Of a stretch of 64,000 bases of DNA, positions 23,525-37,854 are shown piece by piece. The position numbers and the translations under genes are program-made. The notes beneath the pieces were generated by a model. The model saw only the letters and a list, made by a program, of their open reading frames with translations, searched no databases and was not told the DNA's origin. The DNA is from Squalus acanthias. Taxonomy: Eukaryota. The DNA is taken from positions 109,494,001 through 109,558,000 of the forward strand of contig CM059431.1 in the NCBI GenBank assembly GCA_030390025.1, in the 5' to 3' direction. Each line of letters opens with the position of its first letter. Position 1 is the stretch's first letter.

Positions 23525-25422
23525 TACGAAAGCAAGCTGGCGGAAAATATAAAAACTAACTCCAAAAGCTTTTATAAGTATATCAAGAGGAAAAGACTGG
23601 TGAAAACCAAAGTTGGTCCATTGCAGTCAGATACGGGGGAATATATAACGGGAAATAAGGTAATGGCAGACCAACTAAATGCATACTTTGGGTCAGTCTT
23701 TACGAAGGAAGACACAAAAAACCTCCCTGGGATATCGGGAAAAATAGGGACATTGGCAAAGGAGGAACTGACGCAAATCAATATCTCTAAGGATATGGTG
23801 TTAAGGAAGCTAAAGGGATTGAAGGCGGACAAATCCCCAGGGCCTGATAACATGCATCCTAGGGTACTGAAGGAGGTGGCCCTAGAGATAGCGGATGCAC
23901 TAAGTATGATTTTTCAGAATTCATTAGACTCGGGAACAGTGCCCATGGATTGGAGGGTAGCTAACGTTACCCCACTATTCAAAAAGGGGGGTAGGGAAAA
24001 AGCAGGTAATTACAGACCTGTAAGCCTTACATCAGTTGTGAGCAAAATGCTGGAGTCCATCATTAAGGATGAAATAGCGGAGCACTTAGCAAATGGGGAC
24101 AGGATAGGACAGAGTCAACATGGATTTACAAAGCGTAAATCGTGCTTGACTAATCTATTGGAATTTTTTGAGGGAGTAACTGGTAAAATAGATGGGGGAG
24201 AGCCAGTAGATGTGGTGTACCTGGACTTCCAAAAGGCCTTCGACAAGGTCCCACATAAAAGATTAGCATGGAAAATTGAAGCTCATGGGATAAAGGGGAA
24301 AGTATTGACGTGGATAGAGAACTGGCTGTCAGATAGAAAACAGAGAGTTGGAATAAACGGCTCATTTTCTGAATGGCAGGCAGTAACAAGTGGGGTACCA
24401 CAGGGATCTGTCCTGGGTCCCCAGCTGTTCACAATTTACATTAATGACCTGGATCAGGGAGTCGGATGCAGCATTTCCAAATTTGCAGACGACACTAAAC
24501 TAGGAGGGGGGGTGGGCTCAGAGGAGGAGACCAGGAAGCTCCAGAGCGATTTGGACAGACTGGGTGATTGGGCGGATAAATGGCAGATGCACTATAATGT
24601 GGACAAGTGCGAAGTTATCCACCTTGGGTGCAGGAACGGGAGGGCAAATTATTATTTAAATGGCAATAAATTGGGAGAGGGGGAAGTACAGAGAGACCTG
24701 GGTGTTCTTGTACACCAGTCACTGAAGGCGAGCATGCAGGTGCAACAGGCGGTCAAGAAGGCAAACGGTATGCTGGCCTTCATAGCAAAAGGGTTGGAAT
24801 ACAGGAACAGGGATACCTTGCTGCAGCTGTACAGGGCACTGGTGAGACCACACCTCGAGTACTGTGTACAGTTTTGGTCGCCTCATCTGAGGAAAGATGT
24901 TCTTGCCATGGAGGGGGTGCAGCGGCGATTCACCAGGCTGATACCAGGAATGGCGGGATTGACCTATGAGGAGAGACTATGTAGTTTAGGGATGTACACA
25001 CTGGAGTTTAGAAGATTGAGAGGGGACCTCATAGAAGTGTATAAAATTCTGACAGGTCTAGACAGACTAGATGCAGAAGGAATGTTTCCCTTGGCGGGTG
25101 AGAACAGAACTAGAGGACATAATTTAAGGATAAGGGCTAAACCATTTAGGACAGAAATGAGGGGGAATTTCTTCACTCAGAGGGTGGTGAACCTGTGGAA
25201 CTCATTGCCACAGAGGGCAGTGTACGCCAGCTCATTAAATATATTTAAGAGGGAATTAGATATATTTCTACAGGCAAAAGGGGTTAAGGGTTACGGAGAG
25301 AAGGCGGGGACGGGATACTGAATTGGAGGATCAGCCATGATCTCATTAAATGGCGGAGCAGGCTCGAAGGGCCGGATGGCCTACTCCTGCTCCTATCTTC
25401 TATGTATCTATGTATCTATGTA
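23525..25422 (+). mobile_element. CR1 LINE, 5'-truncated, with an intact 573-aa RT frame (23600-25321)
   Basis: KSPGPD, NYRPVSLTS, YLDFQKAFD, GVPQGSVLGP, KFADD motifs and a (TATGTATC)n tail. Confidence 0.95.
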
Positions 25423-25519
25423 TCAAATAGTTATGGGTCAATTGACATTGCATGTAAATTTAAGTTCTGGCATCACTTTCAATCAAATATTTCTAGTCAC
25501 AAGGCAGGGTTATTCGTAC

Positions 25520-26600
25520 AATCATAGAATCATAGAATGGTTACAGCACAGAAGGAGGCCATTCAGTCCATCGAGCCCGTGCCAGCTCTCTGCAAGAGCA
25601 CTTCAGCTGGTCCTAATCCCCTGCCCTTTCCCCGTAGCCCTGCAAATTTTTCTCCTTCAGGTACTTATCCAATTCCCTTTTGAAAACTATGCTTGAATCT
25701 GACTCCACCACCCTTTCAGGCAGTGCATTCCAGATCCTAACCACTCGCTGCGTAAAAAAGTTTATTCTCATGTCGCCTTTGGTTCTTTTGCCAATCACCT
25801 TAAATCTGTGTCCTCTGGTTCTCGACCCTTCCACCAATGGGAACAGTTTCTCTCTATCTACTCTGTCTAGACCCCTCATGATTTTGAATACCTCTATCAA
25901 ATCTCCTCTCAATCTTCTCTGCTCTAAGGAGAACAACCCCAGCTTCTCCAGTCTATTCACGTAACTGAAGTCCCTCATCCCTGGAACCATTCTCGTAAAT
26001 CTTTTCTGCACCCTCTCTAAGGCCTTCACATCCTTCCTAAAGTGCGGTGCCCAGAACTGGACACAATACTCCAGTTGAGGCCGAACCATAGATTTATAAA
26101 AGTTCATCATAACTTCCTTGCTTTTGTACTCTATGCCTCTATTTATGAAGCCCAGTATCCCGTGTGATTTTTAACGCTTTCTCAACCTGCCCTGCCACCT
26201 TCAACGATTTGTGCACATATACCCCCAGGTCTCTCTGTTCATGCACCCCCTTTAGAATTGTACCCTTTAGTTTATATTGCCTGTCCTCGTTCTTCCTGCC
26301 AAAATGTATCAACTTGCACTTTTCTGTGTTAAATTTCATCTGCCACGTGTCCGCCCATTTCACCAGTCTGTCTATGTCTTCTTGAAGTCTATCACTATCC
26401 TCCTCACTGTTCACTATACTTCCAAGTTTTGTGTCATCTGCAAATTTTGAAATTGTGCCCTGTACTCCCAAGTCAAAGTCATTAATATATATCAAGAAAA
26501 ACAGTGGTCCTATTACCGACCCCTGGGGAACACCACTGTATACCTTCCTCCAGTCCGAAAAACAACCGTTCACCACTACTCTCTGTTTCCTGTCACTTAG
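25520..26600 (-). mobile_element. CR1 LINE 3' fragment
   Basis: ORFs 25613-26110 and 26139-26576. Confidence 0.92.
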
Positions 26601-27044
26601 GGTTGGGTTAGAAATCCACCTATGCTATTCCAACATAGCATTTGGACTTGATCCAAAACATTTTTTAAAAGAAAAATGTTTTAAAAAATATTTTTAAAAT
26701 TAACAGTTGGGAATGAACAATTAAATTGACAGTTTTTTTTCTGTTATCTGAAACCATCACCGTCATTGTATATACAGACACAGGCTCTGTATATACAAAA
26801 ACAAACCATCCATTACATTGTGTTGTTTTACTGCAACTGTGGGAAACAGTATCTATTATTGTGGTAATGGCTGTTTAACTGTTGGCCTGGGTTATAGAAT
26901 ATTGTAGACCATTGCGGGGATTGGTAGGGACTTCAGTGTTACCGAAGTTTCTAGCTACAATAAAAAGTAGTCTATTATTGCTTTCAGTTAGTTGTATTGT
27001 TAAAGTTCCCCGATAATGTCATTCCTTTCTGTCTCATCAGAGCC

Positions 27045-28050
27045 TGGATGCAGGCATGGATGCAAGAGCTGAATCCTAGAGGAGAGGCGAGAATAATTGC
27101 CCTCGACATCAATACAGCATTCGACTGAGTATAGCATCAAGGAGACCGAGCAAAACGGAGGTCAATGGGAGTCAAAGAAAATACCCTCCAGTGGCTGGAG
27201 TCATACCTAATAGAAAAGAAGATGGTTGTGGTTGTTGGAGACCAATCATCGTAGCTCCAGGACATTACTGCACGAGTTCTTCAGGGAATTGCTCTTGGGC
27301 CAACCATCTTCAACTGCTTCAATGACCTTCCCTCCATTATAAGGTCAGGGATAGAGCTGATCGCTGATGGTTTCACAGTGTTCGGCTCTATTCACAACGC
27401 TTTTGATATTGAAGCAGCCCATGCCAGACTACAGCTGGACCTGGATAATATCCAGGCTTGGGCTGACAAGTAGCAGGTAATATTCATGCAACGTAACTGC
27501 TAGGTACTAACTATCTTGAACAAGAGAAAGTACAGCCATTTTCTCTTGACCTTCAACGTCACCACCTTTACTCAGTCCCCCCCACAATCAGCATCTTGGG
27601 CATCACCATTGACTCAAGGCTTAACTGCACCAGCATATCAACATCATGGCTACAATAGCAGGGAAGAGGCTGGGTGCTCTGCGATGAGTGGCTCAACTCC
27701 TGATCCCTCAAAGCCTCTCCACCATCTACAAGGTTCAAGTCAGGAGTGTGATGGAGTACTCACCACTGCAACTCAGCAAGGTTACTTTGATATCAGTTCC
27801 CTCCCTTGGCATATCTACTCCAGAGAAAGACAAGTAGCAATATCATGGGAATACCAACAATAAACCATCCTGACTTGGACACATACCACCATTCCTTCAT
27901 TGTCACTGGGTCAATATTCTGGAATTCCCTACTTAGCACCATTGTGGGAGCACCATCACCATAAGTAGTTTGAGGAGAAAGACCGCCACCACCTTCTCAG
28001 GGCAATGAAATATGAGCAATAAATATGTCACAGTTGCCCACATCTCAAGA
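27045..28050 (+). mobile_element. Second CR1-clade LINE family, degenerate RT/3' fragment
   Basis: Degenerate ALDI..AFD and VPQG..LGP equivalents; the 3' end is homologous to 37855-38390. Confidence 0.7.
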
Positions 28051-28714
28051 ACAAATAAAAAATGAAGCTTGAAAAGAGTAAAAGACAAATTGAAATAAAT
28101 CAGGCAGTAGTGATTAGGTAACACCAAGTTTGGGTCTGCAAAAAGACAGAGGAAATTCCACAGTTTTGTGGTCCAAGGAAAGAACCCGGTTGTCTGCTTT
28201 AAAAAAAACCAAGTGTTGACTTCCACCACCCTGTACTTGCTAGCATAGTGATGGGACCCAGGAGTGTAACAATGAAACTCCCTTGTGATGTGGACTACAT
28301 CTCTATGGCTTGAACACATGCGTTCCTTTAATCTTTCCAAAGGCGGACAGGGTTAACAGTAGGCAAGGCATCATTGTCCATTCGTTGCTTTATTCCACAG
28401 TAGCCAAAATATGGAGAAGACTGAGTACAATGAAGGTTACCTGGAGCAATTAGTTCATATGCTGTTACGAAAATAAAGAAACAAGTAGAATGTGGAAGCT
28501 ATATCTCCCTCGCAACCTTCCTGCTGCCTCAACTGACTGACCTTTGGTGTTTGTGTTGATTCTTAAAAAGCGCCCCTTTAAAGACAGCAGAGAGCAAAGA
28601 CATTTATCAACACCAAGCTGCTGGATGTCACCTGAATGACCAAATATTTCTAAAGAATGGGCCATTGTTCAGAATCTGTGCAACTCAACTGCACATCTCT
28701 CTTTTGAATCATCT

Positions 28715-29117
28715 CTATTCTCTAGAAAAGAGAAGGCTGAGGGGTGACCTGATAGCAGTCTTCAAGACTATGAAAGGTTTTGACAGGGTAGATGTAGAGA
28801 AGATATTTCCATTTGTGGGGTAGACCACAAATAGGAGCCATAAATATAAGATAGTCACTAATAAATCCAATAGGGAATTTAGGAGAAACTTCTTTACCCA
28901 GAGAGTGGTTAGAATATGGAACTCGCTACCACAAGGAACAGTTCAGGTGAATAGCATAGATGCATTTAAGGGGATATTACATTATTATATGAGGGAGAAA
29001 GGAATATGGTGATAGGGTTAGATGAAATGGGTTGGGAAGAGGCACGTGTGGAGCATAAACACCGGCACGGATCAGTTGGCCGAATAGCCTAATTTATGCT
29101 GTACATTCAATGTAATT
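28715..29117 (+). mobile_element. CR1 3' fragment
   Basis: AGAAGGCTGAGGGGTGACCTGATAG...TTTACCCAGAGAGTGG. Confidence 0.85.
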
Positions 29118-29367
29118 CATGTCTGCCTATGTAGGGTCAACACTGTATGAGGCTGTCTTGGTAAACTATTCCCTTTCAGGCAAGCTTCTGCCCAAAACAC
29201 ATTACAATCACTTATGTTCTCGTGGAAAAAATGGCCACAGAATCCCAAACCATGACAAGGACACAAGAAAAAGCTTTTTATCTGAAGGGCATTCTCTCTC
29301 TCATCTCTAGCCTCTAACCTTTCACTCATCCTTCCCCTTGTCACAGGAAAACGGAGTATGAGATTCT

Positions 29368-30495
29368 ATAAGAACATAAGAACATAAGAATTAGGAGCAG
29401 GAGTAGGCCATACGGCCCCGCGAGCCTGCTCCGCCATTCGATAAGATCATGGCTGATCATCAACCTCAACTCCACTTTCCCGCACGATTCCCATATCCAT
29501 TGATTCCTCCAGAGTCCAAAAATCTATCTATCTCAGCCTTGAATATACTCAATGGGCTTGATTCTCTCAGCCCCGAGGAGGCGGGTATGGAGGCAGGACT
29601 GCCGGGAAAGTTGTAGAATTTGGGGGCGGGTGGCAATCCGATCCCCAACCCGCCTCCGTGCCCTCTTGCCAGGAAGCGGGAAGCCATCCCACCCCGGGTC
29701 CCGTCTCCTTGGAGGCGGGAAGGGATCAAAGCCTATTAACAGGTAGTTAAGAGGCAGAAAATAGGATTATCCCCATTTTTCGTTCCGAAGTGCGAGCTTG
29801 CCGACCTGGGGGAACCCCGCCAGGGTGTAGGAGCTGAGTAGGAGGTCTGCGGGGGTCGGAGGGGTCTGAAAGTGCAATGTAGAGGTGAGTGATGTGTGCA
29901 AGTGTGGAGAGGTAAGTATGTGAGGTGAGTGTAAAGTGTTAGAAAATGTTAACTTACCTTAGTTTCTGCCTACAGCCTTCAGGCGCTGTGGAGCTGGAGT
30001 CCCCAACATCTCCATTGTAGAGATCACAGACTGGCTGTTGCATCCTCCGATCCAACAGCCAGCTGATTTCTACAAAGTAGAAAGGTTTGATGAGTCCTGA
30101 ACACAAGCAATCATCAAACTACACAGAATGTCACTGTCTGACAGCTTCACAGAGCTGTCAAATGCTGACATTTCTTCTTTCAAAAATTCCTGACAGATGA
30201 CACGTCATACGTTGACGTGCTCTGTCACTGACTTCCCCCTAATTGGCCTACTGAGCCCACTGGGCGGGCTTAACAAGGTCAATCAGGGGAAGATCCCGCT
30301 GGTTGGCCAGAGGCTCATGGAGGCGGTACTGAGACCCGGCAAGCAGCAGCCCCGCCTCCAGCACATCTCCATTCACAAAATCCAGCCCAATGACTCAGCA
30401 TCCACAGCCCTTTGGGGTACAGAATTCCAAAGAGTCACCACTCTCTGAGTGAAGAAATTCCTCCTCATCTGTCTTAAAAGGTCGACCCCGTATGT
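29368..30495 (-). mobile_element. CR1 3' end split by a Harbinger element
   Basis: (AACATAAG)n tail; sequence is contiguous across the AAT TSD. Confidence 0.8.
29554..30388 (+). mobile_element. Harbinger-like family X (835 bp) inserted in a CR1 tail
   Basis: TIRs GGGCTTGATTCT / AAAATCCAGCCC with a perfect AAT 3-bp TSD. Confidence 0.9.
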
Positions 30496-30631
30496 TGAGT
30501 CTTAATTTCAGTGAGGATACAAGAAGGAAAAATGAAACATGTAGGACAGCTCGTTTGCAGCTTAGGAGCAACAAGAGTGGAAAACTAAAAGAGTACCAAC
30601 TGTAGCAAAATTGAAAAATAGAGAGAAATAA

Positions 30632-32362
30632 GGGGGGAATTTTTTGGGGGGTCAGCAGGCACGTTTGGTGGTGAGTCGGGTGGGAATTTTTTTTTGTCAG
30701 CGGGTCAGGGAAACCGCTGTTAACTCGCCGCCAAGCGCCTTTCCCAGATGTTGGGTCTGTCAGCGCTGAACAGACCTGACACGCAGCGACGGGGGAGGTA
30801 ATTCAGGTCATTATGACCTTGTTAACAGCCCATTAAGAAGCATTTTGAGCTCACCTTTACATTTTACAAGGGCAACCATGGAGTCCACGCTGCTCGGGGA
30901 TCACGTCAGGTAAACAGGTCAGTAGTTGTATGATCATGGAATTATCTCATTACTTGATAGCTGCAAATGTGCTATAAAAGATCCCATCTCACAGCTGTTT
31001 ACTTCCCAAGTTCAGAAGCTGTTGCTTACTGCATTTGGAAGACAGATTGAGCTTTATGCAGGTTGCAAGTGTTTGGAGTAAACTCTCTATCCAGTGTCAC
31101 CTCATTGGAAAAAACCTCTCTCACCATTGACAGATCGCTTCTGTCATCTCAAGTTCACCTGCCATCTATTACATCAGCATCAGTGCCCTTGAAACTATCT
31201 CACCTTGGTCCTCACGATCAGCCCCAACACCAGTAACACCAGGCACACCAGCAGCACCAACAACGACACCAACCTTCTCTGCAATCACCTGATGCTGCAT
31301 AGGACACAGGGCACAGCACCCGCCCACATGCTGCCCGGGACGCCAGAGATGGCCTCACCATGGCCAGATTTACTTCACTTGATGATGTACAGTTTGGCAC
31401 CACCCCACACCAACACCATAACACATCCCTACAATGCCAATGCCATTCCTTTCACACTCACAACCATTGCAGGGGTTACTGTTATGTCTCACCATTCACT
31501 GCAACTCACTAAGCCACTTCCAAAGGTGCACACAGATCTGTCCAAGAATGCAAAGTGTTGAAAATAAAGGTTTCAATGTTTGACACCACATTAACAGAAA
31601 GTTTACATGAACATTGGCTAAAACACCCAAGTGCCTACCCTTGTGTGTTGTTAGTTGGTATGATTTGACTAGGATGAGGGGGAGTGTGAGGGGTGGCTAG
31701 TGAGATGGGGAAGTGATAATGTAGATAGAGGGATGGGTGGAGGTGCAAGGTAAGTTGGTGTGAGTAAGGATGTGCGGGAATAGGGTAGGGAAGGCAGAGT
31801 GATGGGGATGTGGTGAGTGGCATAGCAGGATGAGGTTGGGTGTGGCTTGGCAGTAACATTTCGTGATCTACTGAGATCATTGAAAGGTTTGCGCCACTGC
31901 AGCCTGGTCCTCCTGATGACATCCCTGCTTGTGTCCTCCTGTGCAATGTGCAACCAGGCTGCGTTGGTCTCCTGGGGAGGTCACTTCCACCCATTGGAAG
32001 GGAAGAGGACCTCCCTGCCTGCTGTGACTTCCTCCATAAGCATATGGGGGGGAGCCATGGGAGAGCCTGGGTGCAGCCGTGCACCTTTGTGCAGTGCTTG
32101 TCAGTGTTTGCAGCACCTCAATGCTGTAGAACACTGACAGCACAACTGTCAAAATCAATTTGCGCATGGTCCCTTTAAGGAAACCGGCTGATGACGCGTT
32201 ATCCAATGATGTCATCAGACCCGCTTCCTTTAATTGGCTGGCAAACGTGCTGGGCGGGCTTAACAAGCTCATTCAGGGGGAAATCATTTTGGACAGTGGG
32301 CTGGAGCCAGCAGCGAGGCCGGGATCCGCCATGGACCCGCCAAGGGAGGGGAAATCGCGGCC
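30632..32362. mobile_element. Harbinger deletion derivative, family Y, second copy
   Basis: Colinear with 5356-7112. Minus-strand HIAQEDTSRDVIRRTRLQWRKPFNDLSRS. Confidence 0.82.
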
Positions 32363-34203
32363 AAGGTTGTAAAGGAAAGAGAAGATTTGGAAGCTGGAGG
32401 TAAAAGAGGCATTGCTATAAAACAAGCTTTCTCTTATATCCCATCCAGCAATGTGAGAAAGGTGCTACAAGATTCTCCCTGTGTATGGTAGCAGCGTTCA
32501 AGGCTTGGGTTATAACTGGGCTTAATATAAAGAATTCAAAGCTGCTGAGAGGAAAGGGCATCATGTCATAAAAGAGGAAACTGAGCTTTTTGGGGAGCAG
32601 CTTCAGTGGAGATGATGTGGGAGATCTGTTTGATATAATAAGAGACAATGAGGGCAAACAAGGCAACAGATGAGGAAGGGTGGACCCATCAGAAAGGTGC
32701 GGCGGCTACCTTTTGTTTTGCCTTGAAAAAAAAATCACGGAGGAACTGTAGCTGGGATTTTTCAGCTTTCAAGAAATCCCAGCCCATCTGCAGCAGGACC
32801 AGACTTGCCACCTGCCAGAGGGATGTACCACTGGCTCTGGTCAATGTTCTACCACCATGGGCATCTGCATTTTTAAGTGGGCTTTCCAGCCTCTACTAGG
32901 AAGGCTGGCTGGAGGGGTAGGACAGAAATTGGCTATGGGATGCCTGTTGTTGTATAGCATAGCTGACAGCCTATACGCTGCCTGTAAAAGATAAAAAGTA
33001 GGTGCCCAAGCATGTGCAATTGATGGACCCCTCACCATCCAATGCAATGTTGGCTGCCAGGGACAAACAGGCCTCCCTCGTGCCAGCAATGCAATGGTGA
33101 AAATGACACAACATAAATTGGATGGCATATTTCTGCCTTTTATCTATCATCACAAGGCACCCACCCATATATGAGCAGGCACGTTCTACATTCCGGTGGG
33201 ATATCCTTCAAGAGGCAGGGGAACAGGCGCGGCAGCCCCTGAAGAAATTTCCGCCTCCATCTGTAACTTGAATGGAAGATCGAGGCCTGTGTCTTTGATG
33301 GATGGAAAGAAACAAAATTTTCAATTCCCCACCAAAAGGCACGAGGAGATCACGAAGTAATAATTCAGCTGCTGACTGTTCCATGTATGCACTGTTTTTT
33401 AATTACGCAAGTGTTCTTTTGCATCAGACCGATTATTGGATGCGGACAAGTGACTGAAACGTAGAAAGTGCATAACCTGTGTGCAGCATTGGAGAATAGA
33501 GCTGAATACTGGAAGCTTTAAGGTTATAGTAAATGTAGCTTTGAACTGGCAGTTCAATAATAAAGCCATTTTGTACTTAATAACCTGTGTTATAGATCTT
33601 GTTGCCCCTGAATCAAACCAGAACCAAAATAATTACAACATTAATGGCAGCTCCTGCCAACAGTTTTGTCAATGCTACTTCTAACGCTACATGGGTTACA
33701 TCTGAAGTGGCAGCAAAAAAGTGAAGGAGCTGGAAACTGTTTAGAAATTAATTTGGTATTTTTTAATTGTTCTTTTTAAAAGAAAGCAATGGATATTCCA
33801 TTCTATTTTCTTTGTCATCCCATGATTTGTCTTTGAAGTGTTCTTGAACCAACATTTTAGTTATTTAAACCCAGAAATTATTGTTTGGGATATTAATGTC
33901 CGAACATTTAATGCATTTGTAAAGCATTCCCCTGTCTGCTTTTTTTTAACCAGAGGTGGTAATCCATTTATTTGAAATAGATTCATGCATTTATTAAAAT
34001 AGTAGACAGAGGAAGGTCATGCAAAAGTATTAAGCATTCATATAGTAATGTTACCAACAGTAATTTCTAGGATTTACTCCAGCCAAGATCTGTTGAACCA
34101 TAGAAGAGGAAGAGGAAGATCCAATTAATTAGAATCATAGAATCATAGATACTTACAGCACAGGAGGAGGCCATTCGGCCCATCGTGCCTGTGCTAGCTC
34201 TTT

Positions 34204-34530
34204 GTGGGTTTCCTCCGGGTGCTCCGGTTTCCTCCCACAGTCCAAAAATGTGCGGGTTAGGTTGATTTGGCTATGATAAATTGACCCTTAGTGTTAGGGG
34301 GGGATTAAATATGTGGGGTTATGGGGATAGGATGGGATATGTTAGGGGGAATTAAATACGTGGGGTTACGGGGGTAGGGTGGGATGTGTACTGTGGGGAT
34401 TAAAGCAGGGACAGGGTACTGGATTTGGATGATCAGCCATGATCATATTGAATGGTGGAGCAGGCTCGACGGGCCGAATGGCCTACTCCTGCTCCTAGAT
34501 TCTATGTTTCTATGTTTCTATGTTTCTATG
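34204..34530 (+). mobile_element. HE1-like V-SINE, 5'-truncated, nested in a minus-strand CR1 tail (about 34130-34765)
   Basis: V-domain and (TTCTATGT)n tail; the flanking CR1 pieces are contiguous. Confidence 0.78.
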
Positions 34531-35709
34531 TTTGAAGGAGCCGTCGTGCTCAGTCCCACATCCCCCCGCTTTTTGTTCATAACCCTGTTAAGTTCCTCAT
34601 CCTCCAGTACCTGTCCAAATCCCTTTAAAATTATTTATGGAATCAGCTTCCACCACCTTTTCAGGTCGAGCGTTCCAGATCCCAACAACTCTTTGAGTGA
34701 AAACATTCCTCCTCATCTCCCCGCCAGATCTTTTGCCAGTGATTTTAAATCTATGACCTCTGGTTAGATGTTACTAAAGCAATCTTAGCTTTAATTAGTG
34801 CTATCTTCTTTATTATATTGTGCATTACCCAGAACAAATACACTGGATTATGGCATTGGAGGGGAGATTTCCCAAATTCACTTCTCCTGGCTTGTGCTGA
34901 AAGTGGAAGATTGCACGAGCCTAGCCCATGATTTTCTGTCTATTAAATTTAATGGGTGGGAAAAGCACAGGTTGTGCAGTTTCCTGATCAGCGTTCCTGG
35001 TGTGCACTGGAAAGCAGAGGCAGAAAATCTCCCCTGATGTCACATACTGAAATAATCACTATGCAGCTAGACGCTGCAAGGTGAGACACTCGGAAGAAAG
35101 AAATCAAATTGCCCATTTTTCATCCAAACCTACATTGTAATCTTGTGATCAATATAACTCTATCCAGTATTGGCTTTATACATTGCCATTGCCACACATA
35201 CTTCATTATGGCCTGTGCGATCAACAAAAATAAAATGCAATGTAATTTTTTTTTTTAACAGTTTTCTCCTTGTTCTTAATCAAATTGATTAACATATTGC
35301 TACAACATTAGCAGGAGAAAAATTGTTCAAATTACAATTCAGCTTGCTGGAATTATTAGAGTGTGTTGAAATACGGATAAATAAATTGCAAGTTACGTTT
35401 CTACTTATTGATTTAATTGTTTTAGATATATCCTGTCCTTGATCAGCAAGGGATGGATAATGTTAATCAATTTCAGTGCAAAATGTTCAGTGGCATTTGG
35501 AATAAATCTGTATCATTTCTGGCATCTGTCAAAGAAAGAAGACTTTAAATTGGAGCACAAAGATTGGGAAAAAGGGAAATTTGCACATTGTGGAGAGGCA
35601 GAATCAGAGCTCAGAATCTAGTCTCCAAAATCTTTGCATCAGCATTTCAAGGACTCCTCAGACAATAAAGCCTTTGCAGTAGCTCCAGTATTTAATATTA
35701 TTGCGACGC

Positions 35710-36380
35710 AGGTCAATAAGGCCGTAACAAAAGCAAACCAAGCACTAAGGTTTATTTCTAGAGGGATAGGTTTGAAAAGTAGAGAAGTTATGGTAAACTT
35801 GTATCGAACTTTGGTTAGACCATACTTGGAGCACTGTGTGCAATTCTGGATGCCATATTATAAAAAGGATATAGAGGCACTGGAGAGGGCACACAAAAGA
35901 TTTACAAGGATGATACCAGAAATGCAAGGTTATATCTATCAGGAAAGGATGAACAGGCTGGGTCTCTTTTTTCTTGAAATGAGAAGGCTGAGGGGTGACC
36001 TAATAGAGGTCTTTAAAATTATGAAAGGTTTTGATAGAGTGGATATAGAGAGAGTGTTTCCACTTGTGCGGAAGAGCATAACTAGAGGCCATCAATATAA
36101 GATAGTCACCAAAAAAACAAATAGGGAATTCAGAAGAAACTTCTTTACCCAGAGAGTGGTGAGAATGTGGAACTCGCTACCACAGGGAGTGGTTGAAGCG
36201 AATAGCATAGATGCATTTAAGGGGAAGCTAGATAAGCACATGAGGGAAAAGGGAATAGAGTTAGATGAGGAAGCATGGGTGGAGGCTCGAGTGGAGCATA
36301 AACGCCGACATGAACTGGTTGGGCTGAATGGCCTGTTTCTGTGCTGGATATTCTATGTAATCCTATGTAATCCTATGTAA
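35710..36380 (+). mobile_element. CR1 3' fragment
   Basis: ORF 35634-36380 carries the CR1 C-terminus; (TAATCCTATG)n tail. Confidence 0.9.
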
Positions 36381-37854
36381 TGGCTTGGTATGTTAGGAAG
36401 GCTTCTGAATTGTATATGCAATACATTAGAAACCTCAAATCTCCAATTGCTCTATTCCATTTCATTGCTGAGATGTGTCTATCCAAGGTCTGTAGCTAAA
36501 CAGGCTTTCATACAATTGTCAAATGGTCTTGTGTCAATACGTTTGATTAAGAATGGGGAGAAAATTGTTAAAAACGACTTTTACTTCTGCATTCCAACAC
36601 ACACCAGGAGCATGGGTCAGGACATTCCTCAACCCCAGCCAGTGATTTCTGGGAGAGGGACAGAGATTTTTTTCTGTCTATAAATATACTGAAAAAGTTG
36701 ATGGGAGTACAAAACAGGAGTTCCCACTTTATGCCCATGCTGACTTTTCCAGTAAAAAAAATCATGAACTAGAGGAATTTCACTCCTCCACAGTAGCTCA
36801 TCTCGATTGTCTGACTTTCAGATTTCCCTGCAAAATCTGTAAGTTGTGTCTTTACATTTAAGACCAGAAATCAAACAGTGAGATATTAACATATGAATGC
36901 TTAACGCATTCATCTGAAATTTTTCTTCCTGCTACTGAAGCAGAAGCATGAATCTATTTGAAATAAATTGGTTAATGGTCCTGTTTAAGGAGTGGAAATT
37001 CTCAAAATATAGCCCCTTCAGACAAGCATGCATACAGTGTAATTTCAGGGCCATTTTAGGGAAGTGATTTCTACACCTAAGTGAATACTGCCAACAGTGG
37101 AGGAAGAAAGCAAGCTTTCCAAAGCGAAGCAGATTCTGATTCAGAAATAAAAAGGTACACTTTTAGATTTTGATTTTGGAGGAAAATACATCTTTATATA
37201 ACAACTTGTGTCTTAAGTTTCTAAACCTAAAAAACGTTTATGTAAGTTTGTACCAAGTAAACTATGCTGGAACTGGCCTGTTCGACTATTGGATTATGAA
37301 GACCCACCAAAAATTGATCAGTTTAAGAAAAATAATAAAGTATAAATGTGGCAATAGTGTGTGGTTGTTGCTCCACCCCCTCTATGGTTTAGAGATCATC
37401 ATACGATATGCTAACGTATAACTTTTATTCTATACCAAAATTTTAAAGTAATACTATTCAATTGATAGTGAACTGTTTTTGATATGTTGTTCATTGCACC
37501 ATACTGTTCTCTCAATAGCGTAGTTAGATATATTCCTTCCCATGTTTTGTAATAGAAACATCCATACCATTAGCTTTACTAGATTCTATTCCTTGTTTGA
37601 TGTTGTCAGATGATTGAGGAAGAAGTACGGAGTGGAGCATGAATCAAGCATGTGCTTGAAGATGATACACAGCTTATTCAAATTGTTTTGAATTGTAAAC
37701 ATGTTCCTTATCTTTTGTTATCAAAATTCTCAAACTGTAACCCCCTACCCAATACAATCCACAGACAGTTTGAAACAGGCAAACAAGTCTCTATATAATA
37801 AAAAGAACATCTGTAAAAACATAACGTGCCAATCAAATGTGTGCTTTTTAAAAA

